A stretch of DNA of 64,000 nucleotides. Source: Octopus vulgaris. Taxonomy: Eukaryota. A program made the translations under genes and the position numbers. Where the stretch lies: the NCBI GenBank assembly GCA_951406725.2, contig OX597835.1:19964001-20028000 (forward strand), written 5' to 3'. Shown here piece after piece: positions 1 to 14,744 of the stretch (position 1 is its first letter; the number at the start of each line of letters is the position of its first letter). The notes beneath the pieces are model-generated. The model was not told where the DNA came from. It did no database searches and saw nothing but the letters and a program-made list of their open reading frames with translations.

Positions 1-1668
1 GACTTTATTGAGAAAATTATATAGTTTGTAAGATATTTGTTGTTTTCTTTTCTTCAATTTCTGCAATTTCCACCAATCAATGACGTCCATTGAGGTAAAA
101 AACATTCTATGCCGTATGAATATGTCCCTCGTTTAAGAAACAGATTGGGTTTATTTACATTGGTGAAGAAAAAAAATACCTTCCCTCCACCCCTAACCCT
201 AACCCTGAAACAGATTGAAATGCAATAGATCGATACTAGGGTCATAAATGTTAGATGTGATCTGGGACTAGTGAATGGCAGTAAGAGAACAAAAGCAGCG
301 GCACTTAAAACGCATTACAGATTTGAAAGATGCTTAGGAAACAAAACTTATATAGAGCTATCAACGAGATTTTAATGAAATTGAATTTTAACGATTTATA
401 GTGAAACAAATATAATTTTTCCTGTTTGAATGATTTTACTCACAAAAATTAACACTTAATTAACCATTCCATTAAATGTTAATACTTGGAAAATCCATGC
501 GGTAGACTATGCATGCATCTATAAAAAAGTGTAACCTCTGCCTATTTCGATTGTTTAGAACAGAAAATACCATTTAATTAGTATAACTTCGTATTCTCCC
601 ATGAAAAAAACCCGATCACTTATAAACAGGATCCATTTCTCCTTTACCAAAGCGGCGTCCGTTATTGGTCATGACTGATCACGAGTCGTTTCTACTCAGA
701 TCCTACTAAGTTAGTATCTCTCGTCAATACACGAACGCCTTAAATGCTGAACTCACTGACAACAAAACCAAATCTTCTTCAGCACAAACTCAACATTAGA
801 GAATATTTCTTTGTTCATTTTAAAACGAAAGCATTCCGTAAAGGTGCGACAAAGAGATTATCTACATCCGATTCAATGAGGCTATAGATGTTATAGACCC
901 GTTTCTTTCTTTCATGCGAAATGATTATTAGTAAGTAGATGCCATTGTACTTTTTTCTTTCAAATGAACAAAATTTGTTCGGTGCAGGATTCAATCTCAA
1001 ACTGTATGTGTGCCAGGTCACGGTATATAGTTCTACATACATATCTTTTTTTCAGATTACCAACTATTTCCTAAAGATATGATTATAAAGTTCGCCAACA
1101 AAAAAAGAGAAAATACTTCCATGACACTTTCTATTCGTTTCTTTGTATTTATTTATTCTTTTTATCCAATCAGTATCATGACACAAGTTGTCAGAAATAT
1201 GCGACGTGTCTATAGGAAAATTATCCAAGGATAACCTAAACGATACTAGAAATAATAAGAAAGTGAAACCCAAATTAAAATTAAGTATTGGAATCGTGCA
1301 CTGGAACCAATTCCATCTGTCATTTGCAGATCACCAGACACATCGGTACAGATACAGATTTGTATTTCATACAGACGATGTAACGGATTTGTTTTAAATA
1401 TATGAATTATTTTCTAGTTTACTAATTCTATACTCTTTTACTTGTAATAATTTTATTCTCTTACATTCTTCAGTGATTGGGCTGCGGTCATAATTCTGTG
1501 CTATGATTGAAGGCATGATAAATTCAGTATGTATTTTTTATGTCTGGTACTTATTCTATCGGATACTTATTACCGAACTTCTGAGTTATGATGTGACTAT
1601 ATATATATACATACATATATATATATATACATACATATATATATATACATACATATATACATACAAAA

Positions 1669-1897
1669 GGCGGCGAGCTGGCAGAGACGTTAGCACGCCG
1701 GGCGAAGTGCTTCGCAGTATTTCGCCCGTCGCTACGTTCTGAGTTCAAATTCCGCCGAGGTCGACTTTGCCTTTCATCCTTTCGGGGTCGATAAATTAAG
1801 TACCAGCTACGCACTGGGGCCGATGTAATCGACTTAATTCGTTTGTCTGTCCTTGTTTGTCCCCTCTATGTTTAGCCCCCTGTGGGTAGTAAAGAAA
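1669..1897 (+). mobile_element. tRNA-derived SINE, family A, full monomer
   Basis: Head GGCGGCGAGCTGGCAGA (A-box-like) and GAGTTCAAATTCC (B-box-like); body GCCTTTCATCCTTTCGGGGTCGATAAATTAAGTACC; tail TGTGGGTAGTAAAGAAA; many near-identical copies in the window. Confidence 0.9.
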
Positions 1898-1929
1898 CAT
1901 ATACATACATATATATGCATACATATAGC

Positions 1930-2272
1930 CATTTTGGAGCACCGCCGTTTTTCCGCACTGTTATTACTGAGATCCTCCTCTAATATGTGGCACTTGGTGT
2001 AGAATGGAGTTTGATGTATTTACCTTCAGTTACACCTCGTGCCGCGTGAGGTACGTACGTCTGGAACTTTCCTCACAGGAAAAAGTCCAGCCTTGATTTA
2101 AAAACACCTCCGTCTACTTTGTGCAGCTTCCTCAGGCTCTTTGGGAGAATATAAAACAAACTGTGGGACACTGAAACCCAGGCTGTTGCAGTAACTGGGC
2201 CGGAAGCGCGATGGCATTGCTGGGATTTTTGGCACTGTGCAATGTCGACCTGTTCTGGCACTGATATAGAAT
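1930..2272 (-). mobile_element. 3'-end fragment of a CR1-like LINE ORF2, frameshifted
   Basis: Minus-strand frames give RTGRHCTVPKIPAMPSRFRPSYCNSLGF and LFYILPKSLRKLHKVDGGVFKSRLDFFL, matching the NSL..GP.LFN.LP...FK..LD.FL C-terminus of CR1-group ORF2. Confidence 0.65.
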
Positions 2273-2286
2273 TCAGTGTTACACCA

Positions 2287-2330
<44 letters not shown>

Positions 2331-3812
2331 ATGTATATATATATATATATGTATTTATGTATATATATATATATACATATACATACATACATACATATAA
2401 GTACACATTTATATATATATACATACATACATACATACATACATACAAACATACATACATACATACATAATTTCATGTATGTTCGTATAGGTATTACCAC
2501 GATATCTAAATTTCAGTTCCTACATTTTTGAAGTTTCACGTCTGCTTTCAGTAATATCAACTGCTATTTCTAACGAAACGTGCTGCCACCGGTTCAACAG
2601 CTCGTATCACTGAAATTACACGATAGAGAAGGTATTGTAAAATAGATAGCCAACTACTTCCATTAATTATAACACCGTGCTGAACTTTTATACTTGTATA
2701 TTTCCTTTGAAGCCTCTATCAGACTAAATAGCCAGAAATACACAGTACGAAAACAATACATTCAATTGTTACATAACCTCTTACTTTATGGATGACCTAA
2801 AATATTCGCCAAATATTCTATAAAATATTACCGCAATTCATGAACCAGAAATATATCAATGTAGAGCATATTTAAACAAAATAGGAAGCGATGTTTCGGG
2901 TAAGAATTTACATGAAGAAATCTTATACACTTCCATAAAAGAATCCAAAAAAAGAATTTTTAAAAATAACATCCACAGTTCTTTTCTTTTCCTTCAATTC
3001 CGATATTCTTATATTCACAATAAATAATTGAAAAAACTGCACGAAGATTTATGAGGAGATTGAGAGGAGCAAAAATATAAAATCTATTTTGTTTCAAAAT
3101 AATAATAAAAAAAAAAATGGCAAAAAAAAAAACCAGATCGAATACAGAAAGAGAGAAAACAAAATCATGATATGTTTCACTTGTTATTTTTTCCAGCTGA
3201 TTCAATATAGACTCATATCATGATGTTCACATTCGTTGCTTTTGCATTTTGAATTTATAAGAAACATCGAACACCAAAAGTGAAGAAAAGAATATATATA
3301 TATATATATACTTACATACACACACACATATATACATACATACACACACAAAGATATTAATATAGAAAACCTCAGCAAAATCTGCAGAAAACTATTTTAA
3401 CAAATGAAGATTTATTCCTTTCCTTCGATTTCATAACAGAAAGAAAAAGAAAAAAAAAAATATTAAGAGCAACAAAAATAACGTGCACGGGCGTGGGATA
3501 AGATTAATATAAAAACGAAAGCTCAGATGAGAAAATTTAACTTGTCAACAGTTAGGATATTTGCGCAATGGAGATAAAATTGATATTGCAAATTGCATAG
3601 GTCAATGGTGGATAATACATGTAATATGCCAGTATGATATAATGGTGTGCAAAGGAAGCTTATTGAAATAAATATCCGATGCAATTTTCAAACAGTGTGA
3701 GAGCCATTTATCAAAACTTATTCATGGAATGGTTCTCAATGGTCAAACTGCACCAAATTTGTTGTGTTAGGTTTCAATAGGTTTCCGATCTCCAATATAA
3801 TATAATATAATA

Positions 3813-3874
<62 letters not shown>

Positions 3875-3899
3875 GTATATATATATATATAAACATGTA

Positions 3900-3974
<75 letters not shown>

Positions 3975-3999
3975 GTATCTAAATATACATAAACATGTA

Positions 4000-4037
<38 letters not shown>

Positions 4038-4740
4038 AATACGTATATGTATATATATATATGTATTTATCAATATATCAATGTATATATAAAACATACA
4101 TATGTATATAAATATATATAAATATAAGTAATATATAATGATGCATACAAACATATATATATATATATATTGATACGTAAATACATATACATAGACGCAC
4201 ATACATACTCGCACATATATATGTGGGAGGGCGTCTGTGTGTATGTGTGTATATGTGTGTATAGGGACACATGCATGCACAACAATCCATCAGATATATA
4301 TTTTGTGCGTATATTTAGTCACATTTATCTGTAGAAGCATTAGTGCATTGCAATCCAGTTACATACTCATAAAAGATGCAAAATACACACAGGGATATAT
4401 ATATATATACGTATATATAACGGGTGTATAAATAGCAACATGACAATATATCATGAAATAGCTTACTAATGCCACGCCAGCTATTCTTGCAGATTTTCTT
4501 TCATATTCTCGATATTCCCTCTCACAACACACAGACACAGACACACGGACATGGACACCCACACGAATACACACACACACACACGAGCGTGTATATATAT
4601 GATATGGAAGTTATGAAGCTATATTACTGCCTATGGGTCTAGCGTTCCATGTGAGGTTTCGCAAATAATAAATCATATCTTTGCCCCTCTCTTTGTGTCC
4701 TTCACTTTATTAGCACTTACTCAAACATGTATATATTTAT

Positions 4741-4771
<31 letters not shown>

Positions 4772-4809
4772 GAGAGAGAGAGTGAGAGAGATATACATAT
4801 ATATATATA

Positions 4810-4865
<56 letters not shown>

Positions 4866-5029
4866 TATTCATATATTTATACTTTTAAAACATACAAATT
4901 TCCACACGAAAGCACGTAATCTATGCCCTAGGCACGTAACTTCAACCGTGTTTATTTCTGATGTGAATTTGCTACCCAGGTATCGGTTAATTCGTATTAT
5001 CCTTAATAAGATAATTCATTCAACTACTC

Positions 5030-5107
<78 letters not shown>

Positions 5108-5710
5108 TAACAAACGTATAATTTTCATCACTTAAATTCGTGTTTGGTCGATATCATATTTAGATAAGATAATGTTACAAAAAGAAATAAATTTTTTTTA
5201 TATCTAATATCGGTACAATTATTAAAATCTTTGTACAGTAGATAGGCTTGCTCTGATGGTACCAATGTGGTACCGACTTAGATACTAACCGATATATATT
5301 AAAAATATATATACTGCTTTATTTTAAACGCATACATCATATAAAACCTGAAATTGCTCACAGTCAGCATGCACATCTTAAACTTTTAACCCTAGTAGGT
5401 GCACCGCTAGTTTCTTCTCTTTCGTCGCAATCGAATATCTATTGCTTTCTTCTGCGTAGTTTCTACTTTTATGTTTCAGTTTCTTTTGATTTATGTGTCC
5501 TAGATTAAGAACTGTATTTTCCCCTTCGTAGATGGAGGAAGTTTTATATATTAACCCTCATGAGCTAGTAAATATCCAATTTGGATTAATAACTTACTGT
5601 GACCGTCCTCCTTGTAGCACTAGAAATATTGAAGGGTAGTGGGAGTCTCTTTGAACACCTCGGGACATCACATGGCACACTAGGTTGCCTCTACAGGTAT
5701 TAGATATTAA

Positions 5711-6111
5711 GGCGACGAGCTGGCAGAAACGTTAGCACGCCGGCGAAATGCTTAGCGGTATTTTGTTGTGAGTTCAAATTCCGCCGAGGTCGACTTTGAC
5801 TTTCATCCTTTCGGGGTCGATAAATTAGGTACCAGTTACGCACTGGGGTCGATGTAATCGACTTAATACCTATGTCTGTCCTTGTTTGTCCCCTCTGTGT
5901 TTAGCTCCTTGTGGGTAATAAAGAAATTGGTATTTCGTCTGCCGTTACGTTGTGAGTTCAAATTCCGCCGGGGTCGACTTTGCCTTTCATCCTTTCGGGG
6001 TCGATAAATTAGGTACCAGTTACGCACTGGGGTCGATGTAATCTACTTAATACCTATGCCTGTCCTTGTTTGTCCCCTCTGTGTTTAGCCCCTAGTGAGT
6101 AATAAAGAAAT
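5711..6111 (+). mobile_element. SINE family A dimer (one head, two body/tail units) with TSD
   Basis: Second unit restarts at GGTATTTCG near 5929; flanking direct repeat AGGTATTAGATATTAA at 5695-5710 and 6112-6127. Confidence 0.9.
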
Positions 6112-6814
6112 AGGTATTAGATATTAAAAAGCATTTTGGACAGCTTTGAGAATCTTAGGATATCGGAAATGGTTGTTCTTTTTGCGCAACGTAATACTGC
6201 AGTGTGCGTTCGATTACCTGCGGGCTTCCATATTGCAGTTATGATTGAAAATAGTGGAACAATCACATTCGTTTTGCACCTGCGGCTCTTTAGCATATTT
6301 TAATAATATCGGGCAGCTTTTTCAACAATATTTATGTGAATTTTTATTTTGACGTTTACTTCGCTAATATTCTTTTTGGTAAGCTGAACAAATGTAGATC
6401 AATAGCTGTAGCCTTTGTGAATCTAGATAGCTTCCTCATTCGGTTTATCAAATTGATAGCCTATCGGTTTTATATCCATGGTGTTGATTTCTCAATTGAT
6501 TATTAGTGTTTCTCACAATCGGGAGATTTATTTGGTTGTATATTCTACTGAAATAATTTCAAATATTATCTGTCACATGTTAGCTCCTTTTATTCATATT
6601 TCTAACCTTTGTGAATGTGTGTATGTGTGTATGTGTGTGTGTGTGTGTAGTCTTGTATTTATCTCTTTATATGGTTTTCACAGTATTCAGAATATAGAAA
6701 CACGTGGCTTCGGCCATTTTTCCATGTCAAGTCTTTCAATATAAACAAAAAGGAAACGCACCAGCATCGGTTGTCATATTTCGTGGGAGCGGGACAAACA
6801 CCAACACAAATACA

Positions 6815-6877
<63 letters not shown>

Positions 6878-6882
6878 ATATG

Positions 6883-7266
6883 GTGGAGGTGCAATGGCCC
6901 AGTGGTTAAGGCAGCGGACTCGCGGTCATAGGATCGCGGTTTCGATTCTCAGACCGGGCGTTGTGAGTGTTTATTGAGCGAAAACACTTAAAGCTCCACG
7001 AGACTCCGGCAGGGGATGGTGGTGATCCCTGCTGTACTCTTTCACCACAAATTTCTCTCACTCTTACTTCCTGTTTCTGTTGTACCTGTATTTCAAAGGG
7101 CCGGCCTTGTCACTCTCTGTGTCACGCTGAATATCCCCGAGAACTACGTTAAGGATACACGTGTCTGTGGAGTGCTCAGCCACTTACACGTTAATTTCAC
7201 GAGCAGGCTGTTCCGTTGATTCGGATCAACCGGAACCCTCATCGTCGTAACCGACGGAGTGCTTCC
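6883..7266 (+). mobile_element. tRNA(Arg)-like SINE, family B
   Basis: Head GGAGGTGCAATGGCCCAGTGGTTAAGGCAGCGGACTCGCGGTC...GTTTCGATTC; ends GACGGAGTGCTTCC; near-identical to copies at 26434, 41325 and 56663. Confidence 0.9.
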
Positions 7267-8222
7267 TATATTTATATATATAAAGGAACAAACTCAGGAA
7301 AGGAATTCCTTCAAAGAGGTTTGTAAAACATCCAAATCACTGGTACATCACTGGCTATAATGCAAATTACAAACAATAAATAAAAAAGCGACATACATTT
7401 GACTATCCAATAATTTATTTATATTATAATATATTCTGATGTACGATGAATATAAAGTAAATAAATAAAGATCATTTTACTTTTAGGTACATTAAACAAT
7501 CTGCTTTATATATCAATGACTTTATTGTAGCTCTAAGTTTATCTAGATATTTATTACGGAATTCTCCCTACGATAAATTAAGTAAATAAACGACATTTTT
7601 GTTAGACTTGTCTTAATATTTATTGAGGAATTCTCCCTCCAATAAACTAAAAAAATTAAACGCATCTTTTATTAGTTACTTTAAAGAATCTTTTTTATAT
7701 CAATAACTTTAAGTAAAGAGAAGAGTTCTTATATATTACTAATATAATTTTCATTTATATTTTTACACGTTTGATTACAGTTTCTATATTAAGTAATGCC
7801 CCGTTATTTAATATATATACCTTATACATTGTTGTATGTTATTATAACAAGAGATTGTCTTCGACCTAAACGAGTTCGGACTAATATTACTTGTGATATA
7901 TAGAAATATATTTCGATAGTTGTAAATTTTCTTTATTTAATTATTTTGTCTGTTATAATTTGACTGTTTTTGAAGTGTAACTGTTATGTAGTTGAAAAGT
8001 TGATGCTCACGCTCATAGTATATAGGCATTTGAATTTACTTTTTTACAATCCTGCCGTTCTTTCACACGGAATTTCATCAATCCATAAACATTAGCTCTG
8101 ATGAGACTCATATAAGTGAATTGAATTGTTTATATATCAAATAACGTAGATAAATCGAAACATATTGTTGCCTTTTTTAATGAGTTTTTAATGTTACCTC
8201 CTATTATATTATATTCATAGTA

Positions 8223-8474
8223 TTACGTTGGTGCATAATTATTGCGGGTTTTTTTTCCGCAAATATTATTCAACATAAACAATTACATGTAACAAAAACA
8301 TCTTTAAATGATTATTTTGGAGCATGTTCACCACATTCTTCAATTACTGTTTCCCATTTGCTTGGCAAAGGGTCAGACCATCATTTAAAGAAGTTTATGT
8401 TAAATATTGTTATTGTTTTTGTTGAATAAAATTTGTTGAACACAAAAAGCCGCAATAATTATGCACCAACCCAA
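8223..8474 (-). mobile_element. mariner-derived MITE
   Basis: TIRs TTACGTTGGTGCATAATTATTGCGG / CCGCAATAATTATGCACCAACCCAA flanked by TA on both sides; internal minus-strand LPSKWETVIEECGEH resembles the mariner transposase C-terminus. Confidence 0.85.
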
Positions 8475-9815
8475 TATTTTTTGTTATATTATAGTATAAA
8501 TAAATTATTGGACATTCAGTTGTATGTCTCTATTCAATTTATTGTTTATATACATATATGTGTGTCTGTGTGTATGTATGTATGTATGTATGTATGTATG
8601 TATGTATGTATGTATGTATGTATGTATTTATGTATGTATGTATGTATGTATGTATGTATGTATGTATGTGTATACGCACATATACACACACATATATTCT
8701 CGTACGACGTAAAATCTGCAGAAAACAGAATGTTGTAGGTAAGAAACAAGATATATTATTTTATGCAGAATAGATAACTCTATTTGGGAAAAGAAAAACT
8801 GCTATATACAACGCTAGTCTTGTTTCCTTAAACAGAATTTCGTTCAATAAATTGTTGAAGGGAACTAGCATGTATTGGGAAGAATCACTCTCTTTCGACA
8901 TATGCACACACATGCCCACAGCCACTCACGCAAAAAAATAACTCTTTGTGTTTGTATGTGTGTGTATATGTGCATCTATGTCTGTGTTTCCTGTGTATGA
9001 GAGAGTTGATGCGTCTCAAATCTGTGCAATGTAATTTACGTCGACAGAAATTTACATGATTGCACATGAAAAAGTTTGAAATATTTCTATTGCCCTTAAC
9101 CTTCTTGCTAAAGTAAATTGGTAATATTTACTTATATATACACATTTTTTTGGCTCTTTTTTTCTGGTATTAATTTATTGACATTAAATATTGGATGCAC
9201 ATGACATCTATGATTAATTTATTTGTTATCACCTTTTTTCCAGGCCAACATTTTTTAGGGCAATAAAGTCTGGTTGCTTCGTCGATTAAATTCCGTTTCC
9301 ACAGGCACGAAAATTCAGTGCTTGCTAAATACCTACCTTTCCTAAAATATTACTTAAGTGAATCTAATGCACATTAGTTTAACGTATCGGAAACACACCA
9401 TAAAGCAATTTGTTGAGTGAAATGGTTCTTGTACATATGTGCAGATCTTCGTTTCTGTTTCTTCTTCTTTTTGTGCAGTTTTATTATTTTTTTGTAGTTC
9501 TTAAAATATCCTGTTATGTGAGATATCAAGATTCTGTTCAACATAGGTATGAGAGTGGACTCTTGTGAGTAACGGATCCATCTATTACATATCAATGTGC
9601 TTATCTATCTTATATATTTATGTATTTGCCTGTGTATCTACCTCTTTATTTACCTTTTCTCTCTCTCTCTCTCTCTCTCTTTCGCTCTACCTATTCTCTC
9701 TTTCTGTTTCTCTCTCTCCCTTTGTGTCTTAATGTGTTTCTTGTTTCTTTACACATCATTTTCTGCTTGGCTTAAAGTGTTAGAATTAGCAGGCAAATAG
9801 ACAAATACATATGTA

Positions 9816-9880
<65 letters not shown>

Positions 9881-10219
9881 TGTATATTTCTGGAGAGGGT
9901 AAGATGTTAAGTACTGAGACAGAAAGAATAAATTGAGAAGTGACAATGAAGCGAGAAAATGGGCTCAAAAGAAGATTCAACTGGAAAATACCACGAGTCT
10001 ACTTAAAAGTGAGGTCGGGCAGATTCCATGTTCAATATATGAATCAACGATCGTACTGTGTATTATGAGCTCGCTTTCATTTCCATGGAAGTATAAATAG
10101 AATGTTCCGAATCTCATACTTTGCTGAAGTACTGAACGACAAGTTAGTAATTTTCTTTCGATTAAAAACAGATTTTCGTGAATATCTGTTCATGTTTCTA
10201 CTTTGGTGAATAAAAATGG

Positions 10220-10635
10220 ATTGCAAATTTTGGTACAAGGCGAGCAGTTTCGTTGGATGTGATTCAAACGATTATATCGATTCCAATGCTCAGCTGGTAT
10301 TTATTTTATTTTATCGACTCCGAAAGGACGAAAGACAAAGTTGAATCCGGTGTCATTTCAACTTGTAGCGTAAAAATGGACGATATGCCGCTAAGCATTT
10401 TGCCCGATGATGCGCTAACGACTCTGCCAGCTCGACTCCTTCTGAAGCCGATCATGTTGGTTTCAACTGTTGATACAAATCCAGCGACTCTGGTGAAGGT
10501 GTGTAGAAGTCAGTTACATCAGCTCCAGTCTTCAGCTGGCACTTATGTTATCGAATACGAAAGGATGAAAAGCAAAGTCGACCTTAGCGGCATTTCATCA
10601 CAAAACATGAAGACGGACCGGTGTGCTACCAGCTT
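10220..10635 (-). mobile_element. two adjacent decayed old-subfamily SINE A copies
   Basis: ATCGACTCCGAAAGGACGAAAGACAAAGTTGA and CGAAAGGATGAAAAGCAAAGTCGACC match the reverse complement of the family A body. Confidence 0.65.
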
Positions 10636-11489
10636 GCCGTTTTCAAATGCGGAAAATATTGAGTCCGGTAGTATGCGAAACATACCGCAGTCAAGCATCT
10701 TACATCTGAATAGAGACCATGGCTATCTCTATAAGCGTATTCCGTAACACCTAGAAATAACAGCCAAATTTATTTACAAAAGACGACTCGATGTCTTAAA
10801 CAAAAGTCATATTTTCCCTCTATCACCAAGTTTTATATCAGTGTGACCCTTTTTCTGGAAAAATGCTCTGACAACAGTGTCCCTCAATACCGTTGGTCTT
10901 ACTGAGCGCCCTGACACCAATCCAGGGTAGTTCTGCGTTCCTGCGCTGAGGTGGATTGTTATCAGGTATGCTAGTCAACCCATACATGGAGCCCTGCAGG
11001 AAACAATAGGTGTTAAGGTGTGCTTCCTCTTACCTAAAATCTTGGAATTCCCGAATCAGCGCTCCACTACTGGGTACAATTTCAAGTCATATTCAGAACA
11101 GCTATTAATGCATACATACATGCATGCATGCATGCAAGCATACATACATACATACATACATACATACATACATACATACATACATACATACATACATACA
11201 TACATACATACATACATACATACATACGTGTCCATGTATACATAGACATAGACATACCAAGATGTGCTTCTTCTTGATTTCTATAGTTTAACATTCGCTA
11301 GAAAATTATATAAAGACGCACACTGAGTTATTTATTTTCCACTACGTTCCAGAAATATATGGCGAGAACTGTTTCAAATCACCCGCTGCTGTCTTAGGAT
11401 AGATAAGCCTTATTTAAATATGTAATATTAGATGGAAAAATTTCGTGAGAAATGCACCGATCTGTTTTCAGAAAGTCGTTGGTATTTCG

Positions 11490-11780
11490 TTTCAGTCATA
11501 TGACTGCGGCCATACTGTGGTACAGCCTTGATCAAATTTTAGTCAAATGAATCGACGCCACTACGTTTGTTTGTAAAACTTCTACTTATTCCATGGAACC
11601 CTTATGCCTATGGGCTAGGTGACCTCTTTCAGCTTCCGTCTATCAAATCCACTGACAAGTCTTTGCTTAGCCCGTGGTAATAGAAGAAGAGAAATGTTGA
11701 AGGTGCCACGCAGTGGGACTGAATACGAAACTATGTGGTTGCAAAGAAAGATTCTTACCACATGACAACACTCGCACCTA
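11490..11780 (-). mobile_element. decayed SINE family C
   Basis: GTTTCAGTCATATGACTGCGGCCAT at one end and GGTGCCACGCAGTGGGACTGAA...CTTACCACA at the other match family C. Confidence 0.7.
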
Positions 11781-13288
11781 TGAATATATAATTAGCATCT
11801 TCACTGTTTTCTCCTGAAATAGTACAAGACCACACAGAAGTCGTAATTTCATTGGTCCCCAGCTATTTACCATATTTTTGAAAAAGTCATATTTCTCCGA
11901 AAAATGCTTCGTTGCTTTATTTGATAATAGATTACAAAATTACCGAAAAAATTATATAAAAACTACAGGCTAAAGATTTTGTGTGTAGTGGTGGATATTC
12001 GACTACTGTGTGTTTTCTGTAAATGGTGCACTGCATATAGATTATATTATAAAATATTCATGAATATTTTATAGTTTCACAAATATTTCAGTTGTAAAAC
12101 AAAAAAGCGATGCATATACAATAAACAAGTTTAGAATGATAATGCGTATTAAAATCTGATACCACCCACGAAGTGAGAATCGATATTCTATGCGGTCTAT
12201 CAACCAGCGAGAATTACAACCCAATTGTCCATCAAAATTTGACCAAAAATTATTTGCGTTGGGTATATCAGATATTATGAGCGTCATTGTGCTTTTCCCG
12301 GAGAAAGGTGGTCGGAAAACTTAGAAACAAAATGCATATAATAACAGATCTTCTCTGTAAGTGCAGACAGACAACTAAAAGCATCAGGAACAACTTAGTA
12401 CTTTGTTCCCATCAGGAAATCTCAGATGGAATTAGCTGGCATACAAATGCAATTCATAAATTATTAGATGCAAGTATAATGAATCTTATGATGTTACCAC
12501 ACCGTGTGAAAATAAGAATTTAGCTGAAATTCTCAATTTCAAGGCAATATATGTTTGAATCAATATTAACTTCTACTTCTACAACAAGAGTTGCTGTCGT
12601 GTGGAATAAATTGGAGTTAATATCGATTCAAAGACCGAACTACGCACGCAAGCACACACACATTCACACATGCCCACGAGTACACGCATGCATACTCGCC
12701 AGCGCGCGCGCACTCACGCATTCGTGTCAGCGGAAGCGCAGGCACACACATATGTATTTCATAAATAGTGGTTCCATGTTTTAATTGGAGAAATTCGTAG
12801 GAAACAAAGTATTGCATAAGAGTACCCGTCTGTAATTTATCACTATTTTAACAATTTATATCTTCGTAGTACTATACATTTATACTCCATCTCTCTCTCC
12901 TCTCTCTATCTCTATCTATCCTTCTCACTCTTTCTCCATTTGTCTTTCTCTATATATCTATCTATCTCCATCTCTCTAACTTAATCTCTCTCTCTCTCTC
13001 ACACATACACACATATTGCATATATATATATATATATGTATATATGTGTGTATAGATAGATACATAAACAGATATAGTTGTGTATGGATATACGTACATA
13101 ATGATATGCATACATACAAATATACACATATACGTATGTGAGTATAAATTTTACATGTATCCGTATTGGTACATGTATTTGCACATACAAATTAAAATTG
13201 AAAGAATTATTAAATCTGATAATATCATGAAAGATATAGAGACTCAACGTACTTATGAAGTTGCGTGTTTCTACATACAAATACTTCA

Positions 13289-13349
<61 letters not shown>

Positions 13350-13441
13350 TATATATATTTATATATACATACATGTGTTTATATATATATATATATATAT
13401 GTATATATAAGTACATATATTTATATATACATACATATGTT

Positions 13442-13478
<37 letters not shown>

Positions 13479-14347
13479 AAATATGTATATGTATCTATTT
13501 GCCTATGTTAAAATGCCTATGATGGCCTGCTTCTTTATATGTACACATGTATGTGTTTGTGTGTTATGTGTGTATGTCCATGTGTATAGGTTTATGTGTA
13601 ATACAAACATGTACATGACCGCACATTTATACATATTTAAGTACATATTTACCTATATACATGTATTTACCTGTGCATACATGTTCTATCCCGTTAGTTT
13701 GTGTCTCTCATTTACCAATAAAAAAAACTAGATGCTCTTGTTACAATAGACAATTACAGAGAAAGTATCATCAGTCTATAATGAACAGCGGAAATATCCG
13801 AAATATCAACAACAACGCTGCTAATAACAAAATTAAGAACGACAACAATAGAAATAATCTCAAAATCTTCATCGTTATGATCACTAGCATCTTGATCAAT
13901 ATTATTCCCCTCATTATAAATCACAATTAAGGTAACCTTTATGATTATCATAGTTGCAACATCACCAGCAATGATTGTAATGTTATCGCTCCATCACCGG
14001 CACCAACACCACCGCCATTAGCGTCATCACCGACATCATCATCATCAACGTTAGTGTCACCGACGTCCTCTTCATCATCGTCGTCGTTGCTATCGTCGTC
14101 GTCGTCGTCGTCGTCGTCCCCATGATCGTCATCGTCTTAACCGCCGTTACAGACGGCATAGTTAATGCGAATGACAATAGGCAGAACATGAAAAACAACA
14201 GCAACATGGAGAACAAAACCAACAACAATAACAATAACAGACACAATAACAGCAACGATGATGACAACAAAAGCAGATACAAAACAACGAAAACGCTATA
14301 TGTGTAACAAGCATCGCTTACTAAATGGCGAAAATATTTCCCATAAA

Positions 14348-14744
14348 TCTTTATATATAAAAGTCAAGTTGTGTGTCTGTCTCCTACGATTTAGATTACT
14401 AACTACTCACACATTTTGCGGTGCAGTTTAACCAAAACCGGGTATCGTATAGTCGTGATTCATATCGAGCCCTTCTGGGTATTAGCGCGCATCTACAATG
14501 AGTCTACGATTTAAAAAAAAAATTACCATCATTTTTTTCCATGTTAATGCATTTTTTCGCTATTATATAAGGGAAGTAACTCTCTAAAATTGTGTACGAT
14601 GAGTCAGCGATTTTTAAAAAAAATTACCATCATTTTTTTCCATTTTTAATGCATTTTTTTGCTATTTTTGGGCTATAACTCTCTAAAAATGCTTATATAG
14701 TTATTTCCCGTACAAACCTGAACAACGCCGGGCGATACTGCTAG
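14348..14744 (+). mobile_element. non-autonomous Helitron
   Basis: Starts A^TC(TTTATATATAAAAG), ends in a GC-rich subterminal hairpin (CAACGCCGGGCG) then CTAG^T; no TSD; internal ~100 bp duplication; second copy at 43335-43729. Confidence 0.88.

Noticed and set aside
191-206. Telomeric CCCTAA repeats
   Set aside because: Fewer than three units; probably part of a repeat element cut by the window edge
6883-6960. tRNA genes at the SINE heads (families A-D)
   Set aside because: A and B boxes are present but there is no proper acceptor stem or cloverleaf, and each head continues into a repeated SINE body
8093-8172. Hammerhead candidate CTGATGAG...CGAAACATATTG
   Set aside because: Core words are present but stems I and III do not pair convincingly; at best a decayed copy
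10253-10747. 164-aa ORF
   Set aside because: Runs antisense through two decayed SINE A copies and has no recognisable domain
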